A stretch of DNA of 64,000 bases from a bacterium (GCA_021813125.1 JAKALT010000001.1:64023-128022); one strand, 5' to 3'; numbered from the stretch's first letter, positions 46,449 through 56,341 are shown. Notes: generated by a model not told the origin, from the letters alone. Translations and numbers: made by a program.

Positions 46449-49207
46449 AGACTCAAATTAAAGTTAAAGTAGATTTAAGAACAGCCCAGCGCGAAGCGGC
46501 CCGAAAAGTCGGCAGAAAAATTCTGTCAGCCCCCAAAGACCTTCCCGAACCCAACCTTTCCGAAAACGCCGCTTATATTGCCAAAACCAGATATGCATTT
46601 AGAAATGAAAAGGGCGAGCCGGTTGAAACACCAAGAGAACTTTTTTGGCGCGTTGCTTACTATATTGCCTCGGCAGACCGTATTTATACAGGAAAAGGTG
46701 ATGACGCAAAAACCCACGAAAAAACAGCCCGCGAGTTCTACGGCTTAATGTCCGCCCAGAAATTTATTCCCAATACACCAACTTTGGTCAACTCCGGCAA
46801 AACCGGCCAGTCATTGTCTGCATGTTTTGTCCTGCCGGTAGATGATGACCTCGAGGCTATTTTAAAAACGATGCGCAATATGGCCATGATCCACAAAATG
46901 GGCGGCGGCACAGGATTTTCCTTTTCGCGCCTAAGGCCCAAGGACGATGTTATCGGCACATCAAAAGGCAAAACAACTGGTCCGGTAGCTTTCTTGCAGG
47001 CTTACAACGATGTCACCTCCCAAATCCGCCAAGGGGGAGTCCGCCGTGGTGCCAATATGGGAATTCTCCATTACACCCACCCGGATGTTTTACGCTTTGC
47101 CGTTCACAAAGTCGATGAATTTTCTCTAACCAATTTCAATATTTCTGTAACTGTTGACGAAAAATTTATGGAAAAGGTCAAAACCGACGCCCAATTTACC
47201 CAGGGCGAAATGGAAACAGACGAAATAATCGGAGATCTTAAAGAAGCCTACGCTATTCGCGACTTGGATCTTAAAAACGTTAGGATAGAGGAGGCTGTGA
47301 AAAGGCTCTACGACCTGTGTGAGGCCAAAGAAGAAGGCGAGGGTTACAATCTTATAAATCCCCGAACAAAAGAAGTCACCGGTCGTCTTAACGCCAAAAA
47401 GGTTTTTGATCTTATCACAAAACTTGCCTGGCAGTACGGCGATCCGGGAATGATTCTAATCGACCGCGTCAATAATTCGCGGGCAAACCCAACTCCGGCA
47501 ATCGGCATGATCGAGGCCACAAACCCCTGCGCCGAACAGCCGCTTCTCCCTTACGATGCTTGCACCCTAGGATCGATAAACCTTTCCAAATTCGCTGATG
47601 CCAAAACCAAAGAAATAGGCTGGGAAGACCTCAAACAATCAATTCACACGGCAGTGCACTTTTTAGACAATGTTCTTGATATGAACGAATACCCTGTTGA
47701 CGAAATCGACGAAATGACTTCGCGTATCCGTCGCATTGGCCTCGGCGTCATGGGATGGGCGGACATGCTGGTTAAACTTGGCATCGCATACAACACCCAG
47801 GAAGGATTTGATTTAGCAGAGCGTGTCATGGAATTCGTCCAAAACGAGGCGGATATGGCATCGGTCGAGCTTGCCAAAATCCGGGGCGCCTTTCCGGCTT
47901 TTAAAGACTCAATCTACAATAAAAAAGGTGGTTTCAAGCCCCGAAACGGCGCCAGGACTACGATCGCGCCAACCGGCACCATCTCGCTTCTTGCAGACTG
48001 CTCTTCTGGAATTGAACCTCATTTTGCCTTAACTTTTGCCAAAAACACTATAGAAGGAAAGCGCCTTTTTACTACTAATCCATACTTTCTTGAGGCTCTA
48101 AAATCACAAGGCTTAGAAAGCGACGAGCTCCTTTCCAAGGTTGAAGAAGGTAGAGGATCAATCCAAAAAATTGACGAAATTCCCCAAGACCTTAGAAAAG
48201 TTTTCGTAGTTGCTGGCGATATAGTTCCCAAGGATCATGTCCGAATGGCCGCTGCCTTCCAGAAATTTACCGACAACGGCATTTCAAAAACTATAAACTT
48301 TCCGAACGAAGCAACAGTTGAAGACGTCCGTGAAGCGTATTGGCTAAGTTACGAGTTAGGCTGCAACATGATAACCATTTACCGCGACGGATCCAGGGTA
48401 AAACAAGTTTTGGAGGTCAAAAAAGGTAAATCATATTATGACCAGATGACAGGTAAGAGAATCAGCCAGGAAACACAAGAAGAAATCCCTTACACCCCAA
48501 CCAAACGCCCGACACCCCAGGAAGCCTGGGGTATGCGGATCCGCAAAAAAGCCGACGTCGGCCCGGTTTACACGTCGGTCTTTCGTGATGCCGACGGTGC
48601 GCCTGTTGAAGTCTTTGTCACAATCGGCAAAACCGGCGGATACGTTGCCGGCGCTGCCGAAGTAACAGGCCGTTTGGCATCCCGCGCTCTCAAATACGGT
48701 GCTTCACTTGAGGAAATCGCAACCGATTTGGTTGGCATTTCTTGCGGCACGCCTTACGGTTTGGGCCAGGAATCTGTCCTTTCGGCATTTGATGCGGTTG
48801 GCAAATCACTTTTGGAAATTGCCCGAGCCAAACAGCTCCAGTTGCCGGTTGTAGAAGAAACTCAGCCAGCTCAAATTCAAACCCAAGAAGAAGCAACCAT
48901 CGAGCAAAGAATTCGCATCGCTTCCAATGGTCACACCAACGGACACACATTATCAAATGGCCATTCGAATGGGTTGTCAAACGGTCATTCGAATGGCCAT
49001 ACAAAGCCGCAAACAGCCGACGATAACCAATTAGCTCTCAGCTCGACAATAGCTCCGCAACAAGGTCAAATGATGACGGTTTATCACGAAGAAAAAGCTA
49101 TCGAATCCAAATTCACATCCTGCCCGGACTGCGGCTCGCCGGTAACCTACGCCGAAGGCTGCCGCAAATGTATAAACCCAACTTGCGGTTGGTCCAAGTG
49201 CAGTTAA
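46445..49207 (+). CDS. nrdJ: Adenosylcobalamin-dependent (class II) ribonucleotide reductase
   Basis: 'NPCAEQPLLPYDACTLGSINL' active-site block; C-terminal CxxC...CxxC zinc ribbon; low-complexity 'NGHTNGHTLSNGHSNGLSNGHSNGHT' before the C-terminus. Confidence 0.85.
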   Translation: MKTQIKVKVDLRTAQREAARKVGRKILSAPKDLPEPNLSENAAYIAKTRYAFRNEKGEPVETPRELFWRVAYYIASADRIYTGKGDDAKTHEKTAREFYGLMSAQKFIPNTPTLVNSGKTGQSLSACFVLPVDDDLEAILKTMRNMAMIHKMGGGTGFSFSRLRPKDDVIGTSKGKTTGPVAFLQAYNDVTSQIRQGGVRRGANMGILHYTHPDVLRFAVHKVDEFSLTNFNISVTVDEKFMEKVKTDAQFTQGEMETDEIIGDLKEAYAIRDLDLKNVRIEEAVKRLYDLCEAKEEGEGYNLINPRTKEVTGRLNAKKVFDLITKLAWQYGDPGMILIDRVNNSRANPTPAIGMIEATNPCAEQPLLPYDACTLGSINLSKFADAKTKEIGWEDLKQSIHTAVHFLDNVLDMNEYPVDEIDEMTSRIRRIGLGVMGWADMLVKLGIAYNTQEGFDLAERVMEFVQNEADMASVELAKIRGAFPAFKDSIYNKKGGFKPRNGARTTIAPTGTISLLADCSSGIEPHFALTFAKNTIEGKRLFTTNPYFLEALKSQGLESDELLSKVEEGRGSIQKIDEIPQDLRKVFVVAGDIVPKDHVRMAAAFQKFTDNGISKTINFPNEATVEDVREAYWLSYELGCNMITIYRDGSRVKQVLEVKKGKSYYDQMTGKRISQETQEEIPYTPTKRPTPQEAWGMRIRKKADVGPVYTSVFRDADGAPVEVFVTIGKTGGYVAGAAEVTGRLASRALKYGASLEEIATDLVGISCGTPYGLGQESVLSAFDAVGKSLLEIARAKQLQLPVVEETQPAQIQTQEEATIEQRIRIASNGHTNGHTLSNGHSNGLSNGHSNGHTKPQTADDNQLALSSTIAPQQGQMMTVYHEEKAIESKFTSCPDCGSPVTYAEGCRKCINPTCGWSKCS

Positions 49208-49215
49208 AGCAAGAC

Positions 49216-49269
49216 AAAAGGTCAGGTCTTAAGCTTGGCTCTTGCTGCAAGAAAAAGGCCTGACCTTAA
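49216..49269. repeat. Palindromic hairpin repeat copy (AAAGGTCAGGTCTT-N23-AAAGGCCTGACCTTA) at the nrdJ 3' end
   Basis: Same family; begins 9 nt after the nrdJ stop, so a terminator-like position. Confidence 0.6.
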
Positions 49270-49347
49270 CTCAGGTCATTTCAAAATTCTTGACGTGGGT
49301 GCTCCTCTGATATATATTTTCGCTTTGCTCTAATATATAATTCCCTC

Positions 49348-49764
49348 ATGAAAAAACCGTCTGTCAAAGATGCAAAAAGGTATGTTTTGACGCTAATCTC
49401 CGAAGAAGATACACAAATCTCTGGCCAAAACCAGGCTATAACAAGGGAGCAGACCCAAGAACTGGAATTTTTTATTAACAACGGTCACTGGGAAGTACTT
49501 TTAACAAATTCGGTTTTCCGCTCGCTTGCGCCACAAGGCCAAATCCATACCCTTTCCAACACGCTTGATAACCGGGCCAAAGAGTTAAGATCAACGCTCA
49601 CACCGCTTGGAAGATCAGACAAAACCCGAGATGCCTACATTCAAATCCTCAACCATATTCACGATTTGGAGCGTCTAAAAGAGGAAATATTGGAAGAATT
49701 TTACGCAAAAGGCGGCAAGCGCCAAATCGCCGAAAAGTCCAAAGGCCAAAAAATCGACTTCTGA
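49348..49764 (+). CDS. Hypothetical protein
   Basis: 138-aa ORF; no recognisable motifs. Confidence 0.4.
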   Translation: MKKPSVKDAKRYVLTLISEEDTQISGQNQAITREQTQELEFFINNGHWEVLLTNSVFRSLAPQGQIHTLSNTLDNRAKELRSTLTPLGRSDKTRDAYIQILNHIHDLERLKEEILEEFYAKGGKRQIAEKSKGQKIDF

Positions 49765-50490
49765 ATGTCACCTGTTCGAATCAATAAATACTTAGCTTCT
49801 CTTGGTGTTGCATCGCGACGGAAAATCGACGAGATGATAGGTGAGGGAAGAGTCCAAATCAACAATAAAATTGCCAAGCTCGGTGATCAAATAAACCCAT
49901 CCGTCGATCAAGTCGCAATTGACGGTAAAAAAATAGGGGAAAGGGGAGAGGAAAAGGTTTACATAATCTTAAATAAGCCGGTAGGTTACACATCAACATC
50001 CGCCAAAATCAAAGGCGAAAAAAATGTATTAGAACTTGTACCGTCAAATGTCCGTCTTTACCCGGTCGGAAGGTTGGATCGCGATTCAACCGGTCTAATT
50101 TTATTAACAAACGACGGTGAGCTGGCACAAAAGTTAACCCACCCAAAATATCACGTGCCCAAAACGTACGAGGCCAAAGTGCTGGGGGATGTCAACAAAG
50201 CTCAGTTAGAAATGATAAGAAAAGGTATTAAGCTTGAAGAGGGGATAACAAAACCGGCAAAAGTCCAAATTAAATCCCAATCTCTCCCTCACCATAGCAT
50301 TTTGAAAATCACACTTTACGAAGGTAAAAAACGCCAGATCCGCCGGATGCTAGCAATTCTGCACCTGCATATTTTGGAACTAAAACGGATTTCGGTTGGC
50401 TCGATAAAACTAGGTGATTTACCAACGGGGAAATTTAGGAATTTAACAAATGAAGAAATAACTAAACTACAAAATTCTCACCAGACTTGA
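49765..50490 (+). CDS. rRNA pseudouridine synthase (RsuA/RluB family) with N-terminal S4 domain
   Basis: S4 domain 'INKYLASLGVASRRK'; 'VGRLDRDSTGLILLTNDGELA' catalytic Asp block. Confidence 0.8.
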   Translation: MSPVRINKYLASLGVASRRKIDEMIGEGRVQINNKIAKLGDQINPSVDQVAIDGKKIGERGEEKVYIILNKPVGYTSTSAKIKGEKNVLELVPSNVRLYPVGRLDRDSTGLILLTNDGELAQKLTHPKYHVPKTYEAKVLGDVNKAQLEMIRKGIKLEEGITKPAKVQIKSQSLPHHSILKITLYEGKKRQIRRMLAILHLHILELKRISVGSIKLGDLPTGKFRNLTNEEITKLQNSHQT

Positions 50491-51142
50491 AAATCTTCGG
50501 CTCTTGACCCTTTTTAAAAACTTTTGCCTTGCCCTTACCACGAACCTTGATATCTTTTCCGTTTATCTCAATCAAGGTCTTTTCTTCAATGGCAACAACC
50601 GGCTGGCTGTTAAAAACTAAATGCTCCAAAATTCGCTCGTCTCTAGTTTCACCCGAAAAAACTGCTTTATCATGAGGCTCGATATAATGAGGATTAATAT
50701 TAAATTTCACGAGCTCGAGTCCTTTAAAGTTTGTTCCGCCAACAACATTCCAATCATTGGCAGTTAAAATAGTCAAACCTGCAATGTTTGCACCCGCACT
50801 TATTCCGATATACTTTGCACCATTTCGAACTTTGGCTTGAATCTTATCAATTAGTTTGTATTTTTGAAGATTGTTAAGCAAATTGTAAGTATTGCCGCCG
50901 CCGACAAGAAAGATTTCTGTCTTTTCAATTAAATCTTCGGGATTTTTATCAAGCTCTAGGTGTTTAACCTTTATTTCAAGGGCATTTAATTTCTCTTTGA
51001 CTATTTTAAAATATTGACTAGTACTATAAACCGTAGCCGCTGAAACAAAAGTCACATCTTTTCCGTCCACAAAGCGCATCAACTCATCTTCCAGCCATTC
51101 ATAAAAAGGTTCACCGGAATTACTGGCCAAAAGTAATTTCAC
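50462..51142 (-). CDS. Peptidase S51 family (dipeptidase E-like)
   Basis: 'FLVGGGNTYNLL' and 'YIGISAGANIAG' S51 motifs. Confidence 0.65.
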   Translation of the reverse strand: MKLLLASNSGEPFYEWLEDELMRFVDGKDVTFVSAATVYSTSQYFKIVKEKLNALEIKVKHLELDKNPEDLIEKTEIFLVGGGNTYNLLNNLQKYKLIDKIQAKVRNGAKYIGISAGANIAGLTILTANDWNVVGGTNFKGLELVKFNINPHYIEPHDKAVFSGETRDERILEHLVFNSQPVVAIEEKTLIEINGKDIKVRGKGKAKVFKKGQEPKIFKSGENFVV

Positions 51143-51687
51143 TTACCTCGACCTTTCCAGGGAATTTCTCTGATACCATCTATTTTATTTGCGTATCTTG
51201 CCAAAACGAAAAGCCAATCGGAAAGCCTATTGATGTAAACTTGGGCATTTTTATTGATTTTTTCCTGTGCCGATAAATCAACAATCACTCTTTCGGCGCG
51301 TCTTGCCACAGTCCTTGCCAAATGGAGTTTTGACCCAACCTTTCCACCGCCCGGCAGAATGAAGTTCCGCAAAGCCGGCAGATTTTTATCTAAGATATCA
51401 ATTTCTTTCTCAAGCCGCGTAACATACGATTTTGTAATTCTTGGAACTTTGACTTTAACATCTACGGGCGATGAAAGATCTGCCCCTAAAACGAATAGCT
51501 CCTCCTGGACCCGGAGCAATTTTTTCAAAACGTCGGCAGATAGCTCGCTTGCAACGATTACTCCAATTAAGGAATTCAGCTCATCAACACAACCGTAAGC
51601 ATGTATGCGGCGAGAAGTCTTATCGACTCTTTTCCCGCCGAAAAGGGAAGTTGTTCCGCCGTCGCCCGTTTTCGTGTATATCTTCAC
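51139..51687 (-). CDS. PduO-type ATP:cob(I)alamin adenosyltransferase
   Basis: 'IYTKTGDGGTTSL' PduO/MMAB signature; about 180 aa. Confidence 0.85.
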   Translation of the reverse strand: MKIYTKTGDGGTTSLFGGKRVDKTSRRIHAYGCVDELNSLIGVIVASELSADVLKKLLRVQEELFVLGADLSSPVDVKVKVPRITKSYVTRLEKEIDILDKNLPALRNFILPGGGKVGSKLHLARTVARRAERVIVDLSAQEKINKNAQVYINRLSDWLFVLARYANKIDGIREIPWKGRGK

Positions 51688-51749
51688 GCAACAATTATAG
51701 CTCTTAAAAGCTTCAGATCAAGCTAAAACTGTCCTCTACCCTGCCGAAC

Positions 51750-51777
51750 TTGACATAACCCTACCCTGGGGGGTAGG
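51750..51777. promoter_or_regulatory. Putative csoR promoter with GC-rich inverted repeat CCTACCC-N4-GGGTAGG (CsoR-type operator)
   Basis: TTGACA at 51750-51755; palindrome 51760-51777 resembles the known CsoR operator architecture; 8 nt upstream of the csoR ATG. Confidence 0.5.
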
Positions 51778-51785
51778 ATATACCT

Positions 51786-52052
51786 ATGCAAAAGGCAGTT
51801 AAGGAAGAAGCCATAAGAAGATTGCGTACTGCCAGGGGACACCTGGACCACGTAATTTCTCAGGTTGAGGCCGAAAAGTACTGCACAGACATTTTGCAGC
51901 AATCCCTTGCAGTACAATCTGCCCTAAAGGCAGTTGATCACATTATTCTAAAAGGCCATCTTGAGGAACATGTCTCGGAAGCAATGAAGGGAAAGCATAA
52001 AGATAAAGCCATCGAAGAAGTGATGGAAGTTTTTGACATAGTCAGAAAGTGA
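51786..52052 (+). CDS. csoR: CsoR/RcnR-family metal-sensing repressor
   Basis: 'RLRTARGHLDHV...CTDILQQSLAVQSALKAVDHIIL' with the conserved C-H-C ligand pattern. Confidence 0.8.
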   Translation: MQKAVKEEAIRRLRTARGHLDHVISQVEAEKYCTDILQQSLAVQSALKAVDHIILKGHLEEHVSEAMKGKHKDKAIEEVMEVFDIVRK

Positions 52053-52064
52053 GGTGAGTTAGAT

Positions 52065-52286
52065 TTGATGTACTGGAGATATGGTCCGCAAGCATCCCCG
52101 CCTGCTGGCTCTGACAATGGATATTATTGGTCTGGCCACCCCATGATGGGCTGGTTTGGAAATAGTAATGCCTCTTGGGTTGTAGGTAGTGTTTTTTGGC
52201 TTATTACCTGGCTACTTATAATAGCTGTCCTTGTTGCACTGGTCAGATGGCTTTGGAAAAAAGGTGATAGCGAAAAAAGGAGGTGA
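52065..52286 (+). CDS. Small membrane protein (Met/Trp-rich N-terminus)
   Basis: 73-aa ORF with one TM helix; sits between csoR and the copper ATPase. Confidence 0.35.
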   Translation: MMYWRYGPQASPPAGSDNGYYWSGHPMMGWFGNSNASWVVGSVFWLITWLLIIAVLVALVRWLWKKGDSEKRR

Positions 52287-52556
52287 GTGAGGATGCTAAA
52301 TTCGGTGGCTTTTGCAAACGCCTTAACGGCAGTTAGCTTAGTAGTTTACATAGTTTGCAGGGCACTAGCCCAAGTTGCGCCGGGGTTTCTTTTTTCAATT
52401 GCGCAAAGCTGGTTCCATACCTTTGATTTGACCTCAAGAGGCCAGTCGGGTATGAGTACTGGTTCATTTATTTTTGGCGCAGTTATCCTTGCAATTCTTT
52501 CTTGGGCTTTTGGATACCTGTTAATAGAGATTTATAACCGCTTCGCTAAAAAATAA
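52287..52556 (+). CDS. Small 2-TM membrane protein
   Basis: 89-aa ORF; abuts the upstream ORF. Confidence 0.35.
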   Translation: MRMLNSVAFANALTAVSLVVYIVCRALAQVAPGFLFSIAQSWFHTFDLTSRGQSGMSTGSFIFGAVILAILSWAFGYLLIEIYNRFAKK

Positions 52557-52609
52557 AAGGCGAAGATAGTTAATAACTTAAATCCATTTATCAGGGAGAA
52601 TAAGTTTTT

Positions 52610-53194
52610 ATGAAAAAAGAGGAAAAGTTGGAAGACAAAACAGAAGAAACTAAGCCGGAAGGCCCGAAAAGCCACAAACTATTCTATCTTGTGGTTTTAA
52701 TTTTTTTGCTTTCTTTGGGTTGGTTTTCATGGGCTGTGTGGGAAAAAGTCATCCCGCACGAAAAACTCCATTATCATGCAGGCTTTATTGTTGTAAAGGA
52801 CAATCAAATCGTTGATTTTTCCAAGCCCGAATTTATGTCTTTTACATCTTGTGCTGTAGCAGGCGCCAAAGAAGAGGAAACACCGGAGCAGTTGCAAATC
52901 GAAAAAGCCCACCTTCACGATGAAATCGGCGATGTAATACACGTTGAAGAAGCAGGTGCCAAATGGGGGGATTTATTCACCAATCTTAACTATCCGATAA
53001 ACTACAACGAAGTCGCAGCCTACATTAATGGCAAAAAAGTCAAAAGCATCCAAAACATGCCAATCAAGCGCTATCAAAGCGCCATAATTTTTATGGGAAA
53101 CAATCAAGACACTCAAAAGTTCCTAAGCCAAGCTGTTACCAAAGAACATATCGAAGAAACAGCCGCAAAAAGTAAGGATTGCGGCTCACATTAA
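52610..53194 (+). CDS. Hypothetical membrane-anchored, His-containing extracytoplasmic protein
   Basis: N-terminal TM; His-rich patches ('HEKLHYHAG', 'KAHLHDE'); immediately upstream of the copper ATPase. Confidence 0.4.
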   Translation: MKKEEKLEDKTEETKPEGPKSHKLFYLVVLIFLLSLGWFSWAVWEKVIPHEKLHYHAGFIVVKDNQIVDFSKPEFMSFTSCAVAGAKEEETPEQLQIEKAHLHDEIGDVIHVEEAGAKWGDLFTNLNYPINYNEVAAYINGKKVKSIQNMPIKRYQSAIIFMGNNQDTQKFLSQAVTKEHIEETAAKSKDCGSH

Positions 53195-53195
53195 T

Positions 53196-55277
53196 ATGAA
53201 GGAAACGATGTACACATGTCCGATGGACCCGGACATTATCAAAGACGAACCAGGCAATTGCCCCAAATGCGGCATGACACTCGTGCCCATATTAGCGGAA
53301 AATCATGAACATGGAAACCACGGAGGAAACAACAGTATGGAAGGCGATTTTAAAAAACGCTTCTTCATTACCCTGCCGTTTACGATTGCAACTATGTTGC
53401 TTTCGCAAAATATTCAAAAATGGCTCGGATTTCAAATTACTTTTCCGGGTGCTGACGCTGCAGTTTTACTAATTGGATCATTTATCTTCTTTTTTGGAGG
53501 CATACCCTTTTTTAAAGGTGCCAAAGGTGAGCTAAAAAGCAAAAATCCTCAAATGATGACATTAGTTGCCACGGCAATTACTGTAGGCTACTTGTTTTCC
53601 ATTGCTTCAACCTTTTTCTTCCGCGGCGAGACTTTATGGTGGGAAATCTCAACACTTATTTCCGTCTTTCTTCTTGGCCACTGGCTTGAAATGCGCTCAG
53701 TCCGGGGTGCGACGGGAGCACTTTCCGAGCTTGCCAAGCTTATTCCCCTAACAGCACATAAAATAGGTTCAAAAGGAGAAATTTTAGATATCAAAACCTC
53801 AGAAGTCGAAGTAGGCAATAAACTACTTGTAAAACCTGGGGAAAAAATCCCAATAGATGGAATTGTTGAAGATGGTGAAAGTTCCGTTGACGAGTCAATG
53901 ATAAGCGGCGAATCGGTCCCTGTTGCCAAAACAAAAGGTGACAAAGTAATAGGCGGAACTATAAACCAGGACGGCGCACTTACTATAAAAGTAACCAAGA
54001 CCGGATCCGATACTACAGTCTCACAAATCATCAAACTTATCCGCAACGCCCAAGCCTCAAAGCCTAACGTTCAGCTTTTGGCAGACAAAGCAGCGGGCTT
54101 GTTATTTTATGTTGCGGTTTTAATTGGGATATTAACCTTTATTACCTGGTTTTTTGTCCTCCCTCAAGGTATTATTTTTGCAGCTACTGCAGCGGTTGCT
54201 GTTGTGGTTGTCGCTTGCCCTCACGCTTTGGGGCTGGCGATTCCAACCGTGACAACCATAACTTCAACACTTGGCGCCCAAAACGGCATTCTTATAAAGG
54301 AAATGAAGGGTTTAGAAATTGCCCGTAAGGTAGATTACGTAGTTTTCGACAAAACTGGTACCCTTACTCAAGGCAAATTTGGTGTAGAGCAAATTCAAAA
54401 ATCTCCCCAAACGAAACTTTCCGAAACTGAAATATTAGCTCTGGCAGCAGCCATTGAGCAAAAGTCACAACACTCAATTGCCCGAGGAATAGTGGTTGAG
54501 GCTAAAAAGAAAAACATCAAAATCCCCCAAGCTTCCGACTTTAAATCTTTTCCCGGTAAAGGAGCGGTTGGCAAAATCGCAGGCAAACAAATAATAGTCG
54601 GAAACGCACTTCTGCTTCAAAATTTTAAAGTTGAAATTGCAAAGTTGCCTGACCCACAAAAAGGTTGGACGGCTATTTATGTCGCAGAAGAAAAAGAATT
54701 TTTAGGAACAATCTATATAGCAGATACAGTAAGGCCGGAATCCAAAGAAGCTATCAATAAACTTCATCAAATAGGTATAAAATCTGCAATGCTCACCGGC
54801 GATTCAAAAGAAGTTGCGCAAGTTGTTGGAGAATCAATTGGCGTAGACACAATATTTGCTCAAGTTCTTCCGGACGAAAAGGTTACAAAAGTTCGCGAAC
54901 TTCAAAATCAGAGGCACATTGTTGCAATGGTTGGAGATGGTGTAAACGATGCTCCGTCACTTACCCAAGCCCATGTAGGAATTGCGATAGGAGCCGGAAC
55001 TGACGTCGCTGTAGAATCGGCAGATATTGTTCTTATGAAAAACAATCCCCAAGATGTCGTCAAAGCGATTACTCTAAGCCGCAAAACAAACTCAAAAATG
55101 GTCCAAAATCTAATTTGGGCCACAGGGTACAACGTTTTTGCAATCCCGCTAGCGGCAGGACTCCTTTATCCCGCCCTAAAAGTTATGCTTCGACCGGAAT
55201 GGGCAGCTATTCTCATGAGCGCCTCATCGGTCATTGTTGTATTTAACGCTTTACTTTTGAGAAAGGAGGCGCTTTAA
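53196..55277 (+). CDS. copB: Copper-translocating P1B-type ATPase (CPH motif, CopB-like) with N-terminal CxxC...CPKCGM heavy-metal-binding domain
   Basis: 'CPMDP...CPKCGMTL' N-terminal domain; 'CPH' in TM6; 'DKTGTLT' phosphorylation site; 'GDGVNDAP' hinge. Confidence 0.85.
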   Translation: MKETMYTCPMDPDIIKDEPGNCPKCGMTLVPILAENHEHGNHGGNNSMEGDFKKRFFITLPFTIATMLLSQNIQKWLGFQITFPGADAAVLLIGSFIFFFGGIPFFKGAKGELKSKNPQMMTLVATAITVGYLFSIASTFFFRGETLWWEISTLISVFLLGHWLEMRSVRGATGALSELAKLIPLTAHKIGSKGEILDIKTSEVEVGNKLLVKPGEKIPIDGIVEDGESSVDESMISGESVPVAKTKGDKVIGGTINQDGALTIKVTKTGSDTTVSQIIKLIRNAQASKPNVQLLADKAAGLLFYVAVLIGILTFITWFFVLPQGIIFAATAAVAVVVVACPHALGLAIPTVTTITSTLGAQNGILIKEMKGLEIARKVDYVVFDKTGTLTQGKFGVEQIQKSPQTKLSETEILALAAAIEQKSQHSIARGIVVEAKKKNIKIPQASDFKSFPGKGAVGKIAGKQIIVGNALLLQNFKVEIAKLPDPQKGWTAIYVAEEKEFLGTIYIADTVRPESKEAINKLHQIGIKSAMLTGDSKEVAQVVGESIGVDTIFAQVLPDEKVTKVRELQNQRHIVAMVGDGVNDAPSLTQAHVGIAIGAGTDVAVESADIVLMKNNPQDVVKAITLSRKTNSKMVQNLIWATGYNVFAIPLAAGLLYPALKVMLRPEWAAILMSASSVIVVFNALLLRKEAL

Positions 55278-55278
55278 G

Positions 55279-55449
55279 TTGATTAGTCTTTTTAAAAAAT
55301 CCGAAAAAGCCGCAGATCCGGTTTGTCTTATGAAAGTTGACAAAAAAACTGCCAAGTTTCAGCAAACTTTTGAAGAAAAAACATACTATTTCTGTTCGGG
55401 TCACTGTGTCGAATCCTTCAAAAAGGAACCGAAAAGCTATATAGATTAA
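55279..55449 (+). CDS. YHS/TRASH-domain small metal-binding protein (56 aa; TTG start), absent from the ORF track
   Basis: 'DPVCLMKVD...YYFCSGHCVESF' YHS pattern; GGAGG 10 nt upstream of the TTG; sits between the ATPase and the ccdA-like gene. Confidence 0.55.
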   Translation: MISLFKKSEKAADPVCLMKVDKKTAKFQQTFEEKTYYFCSGHCVESFKKEPKSYID

Positions 55450-55450
55450 C

Positions 55451-56341
55451 ATGGAACTTTTGGCAAGTGCATCGTTTATTGCATCATTTTTCGCAGGAGT
55501 CGCCGCTCTTTTTGCTCCATGCTGCGTTACCGTGCTTTTACCCACGTATTTTGCCTCAATTTTCAAGCTCAAATCTACGGTGTTTTTAATGACCTTTATT
55601 TATTTTTTAGGCTTACTGGTTGTATTTTTACCAATAGGGCTGGGAGCTTCTGCCTTAACCCAAATCTTTAGCGCTTACCATAATTACATTTTTACATTTG
55701 GGGCTATATTTCTGATCCTTCTTGGTTTAACTTTAGTTTCTGGTTTTCAATTTTCCTTGCCTGCAATTGTTCATCCGCAGTTAAAAAAAACAGGTTTTCT
55801 TTCAATTTTCACTTTAGGTATATTTTCCGGAATTGCCACAACTTGCTGTGCCCCGGTTTTGGCAGGGGTATTAACTTTGGCAGCAATGCCGGGATCATTC
55901 CTATTGGGCGGTATCTACACTTTAGCTTACGTACTTGGAATGGTAATCCCGCTTTTTATCATAAGTGCCTTTTTGGACCAGAAAAAATTCACCCAAAGGT
56001 TTTTTGTTTTCAGAAAAACCGTTTCATACAGTCTTTTTGGCAAAAAGATACGTTTGACCCTTTCCAATCTTTTTTCCGGAATTATGTTTCTGGTCTTAGG
56101 TTTTTTTATCTCTTATTTGGCCCTTACAAATAACCTTATCACCCACGCATCTTACCAGGTAAGTTTAAATATTTACTTAACAGAGGTAATCGATTTTGTC
56201 GGAAAGTACACCAAGATTTTCCCTGAATGGGTCTGGGCAATAATATTCTTTCTGTTTTTCCTTGGAATTTGCATCAAAGCTTTTTCTGAGCTAATAAAAC
56301 AAAAATCCAATTCCCGGAAAGAGGGTGATGACAGTAAATGA
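55451..56341 (+). CDS. CcdA/DsbD-family transmembrane thiol-disulfide electron transfer protein
   Basis: Multi-TM protein with paired Cys in TM1 ('FAPCCV') and a second Cys pair ('TTCCAP'). Confidence 0.55.
   Translation: MELLASASFIASFFAGVAALFAPCCVTVLLPTYFASIFKLKSTVFLMTFIYFLGLLVVFLPIGLGASALTQIFSAYHNYIFTFGAIFLILLGLTLVSGFQFSLPAIVHPQLKKTGFLSIFTLGIFSGIATTCCAPVLAGVLTLAAMPGSFLLGGIYTLAYVLGMVIPLFIISAFLDQKKFTQRFFVFRKTVSYSLFGKKIRLTLSNLFSGIMFLVLGFFISYLALTNNLITHASYQVSLNIYLTEVIDFVGKYTKIFPEWVWAIIFFLFFLGICIKAFSELIKQKSNSRKEGDDSK

Noticed and set aside
46445-49207. Intein in the 920-aa class II RNR
   Set aside because: The length is within the normal range for monomeric NrdJ. No Cys/Ser-...-HN splice-junction blocks or LAGLIDADG motifs were seen. 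The only atypical segment is the NGH low-complexity repeat.
55243-55572. 109-aa minus-strand ORF overlapping the ATPase 3' end and ccdA-like 5' end
   Set aside because: It is antisense to two well-supported plus-strand genes and to the YHS ORF, and has no RBS.
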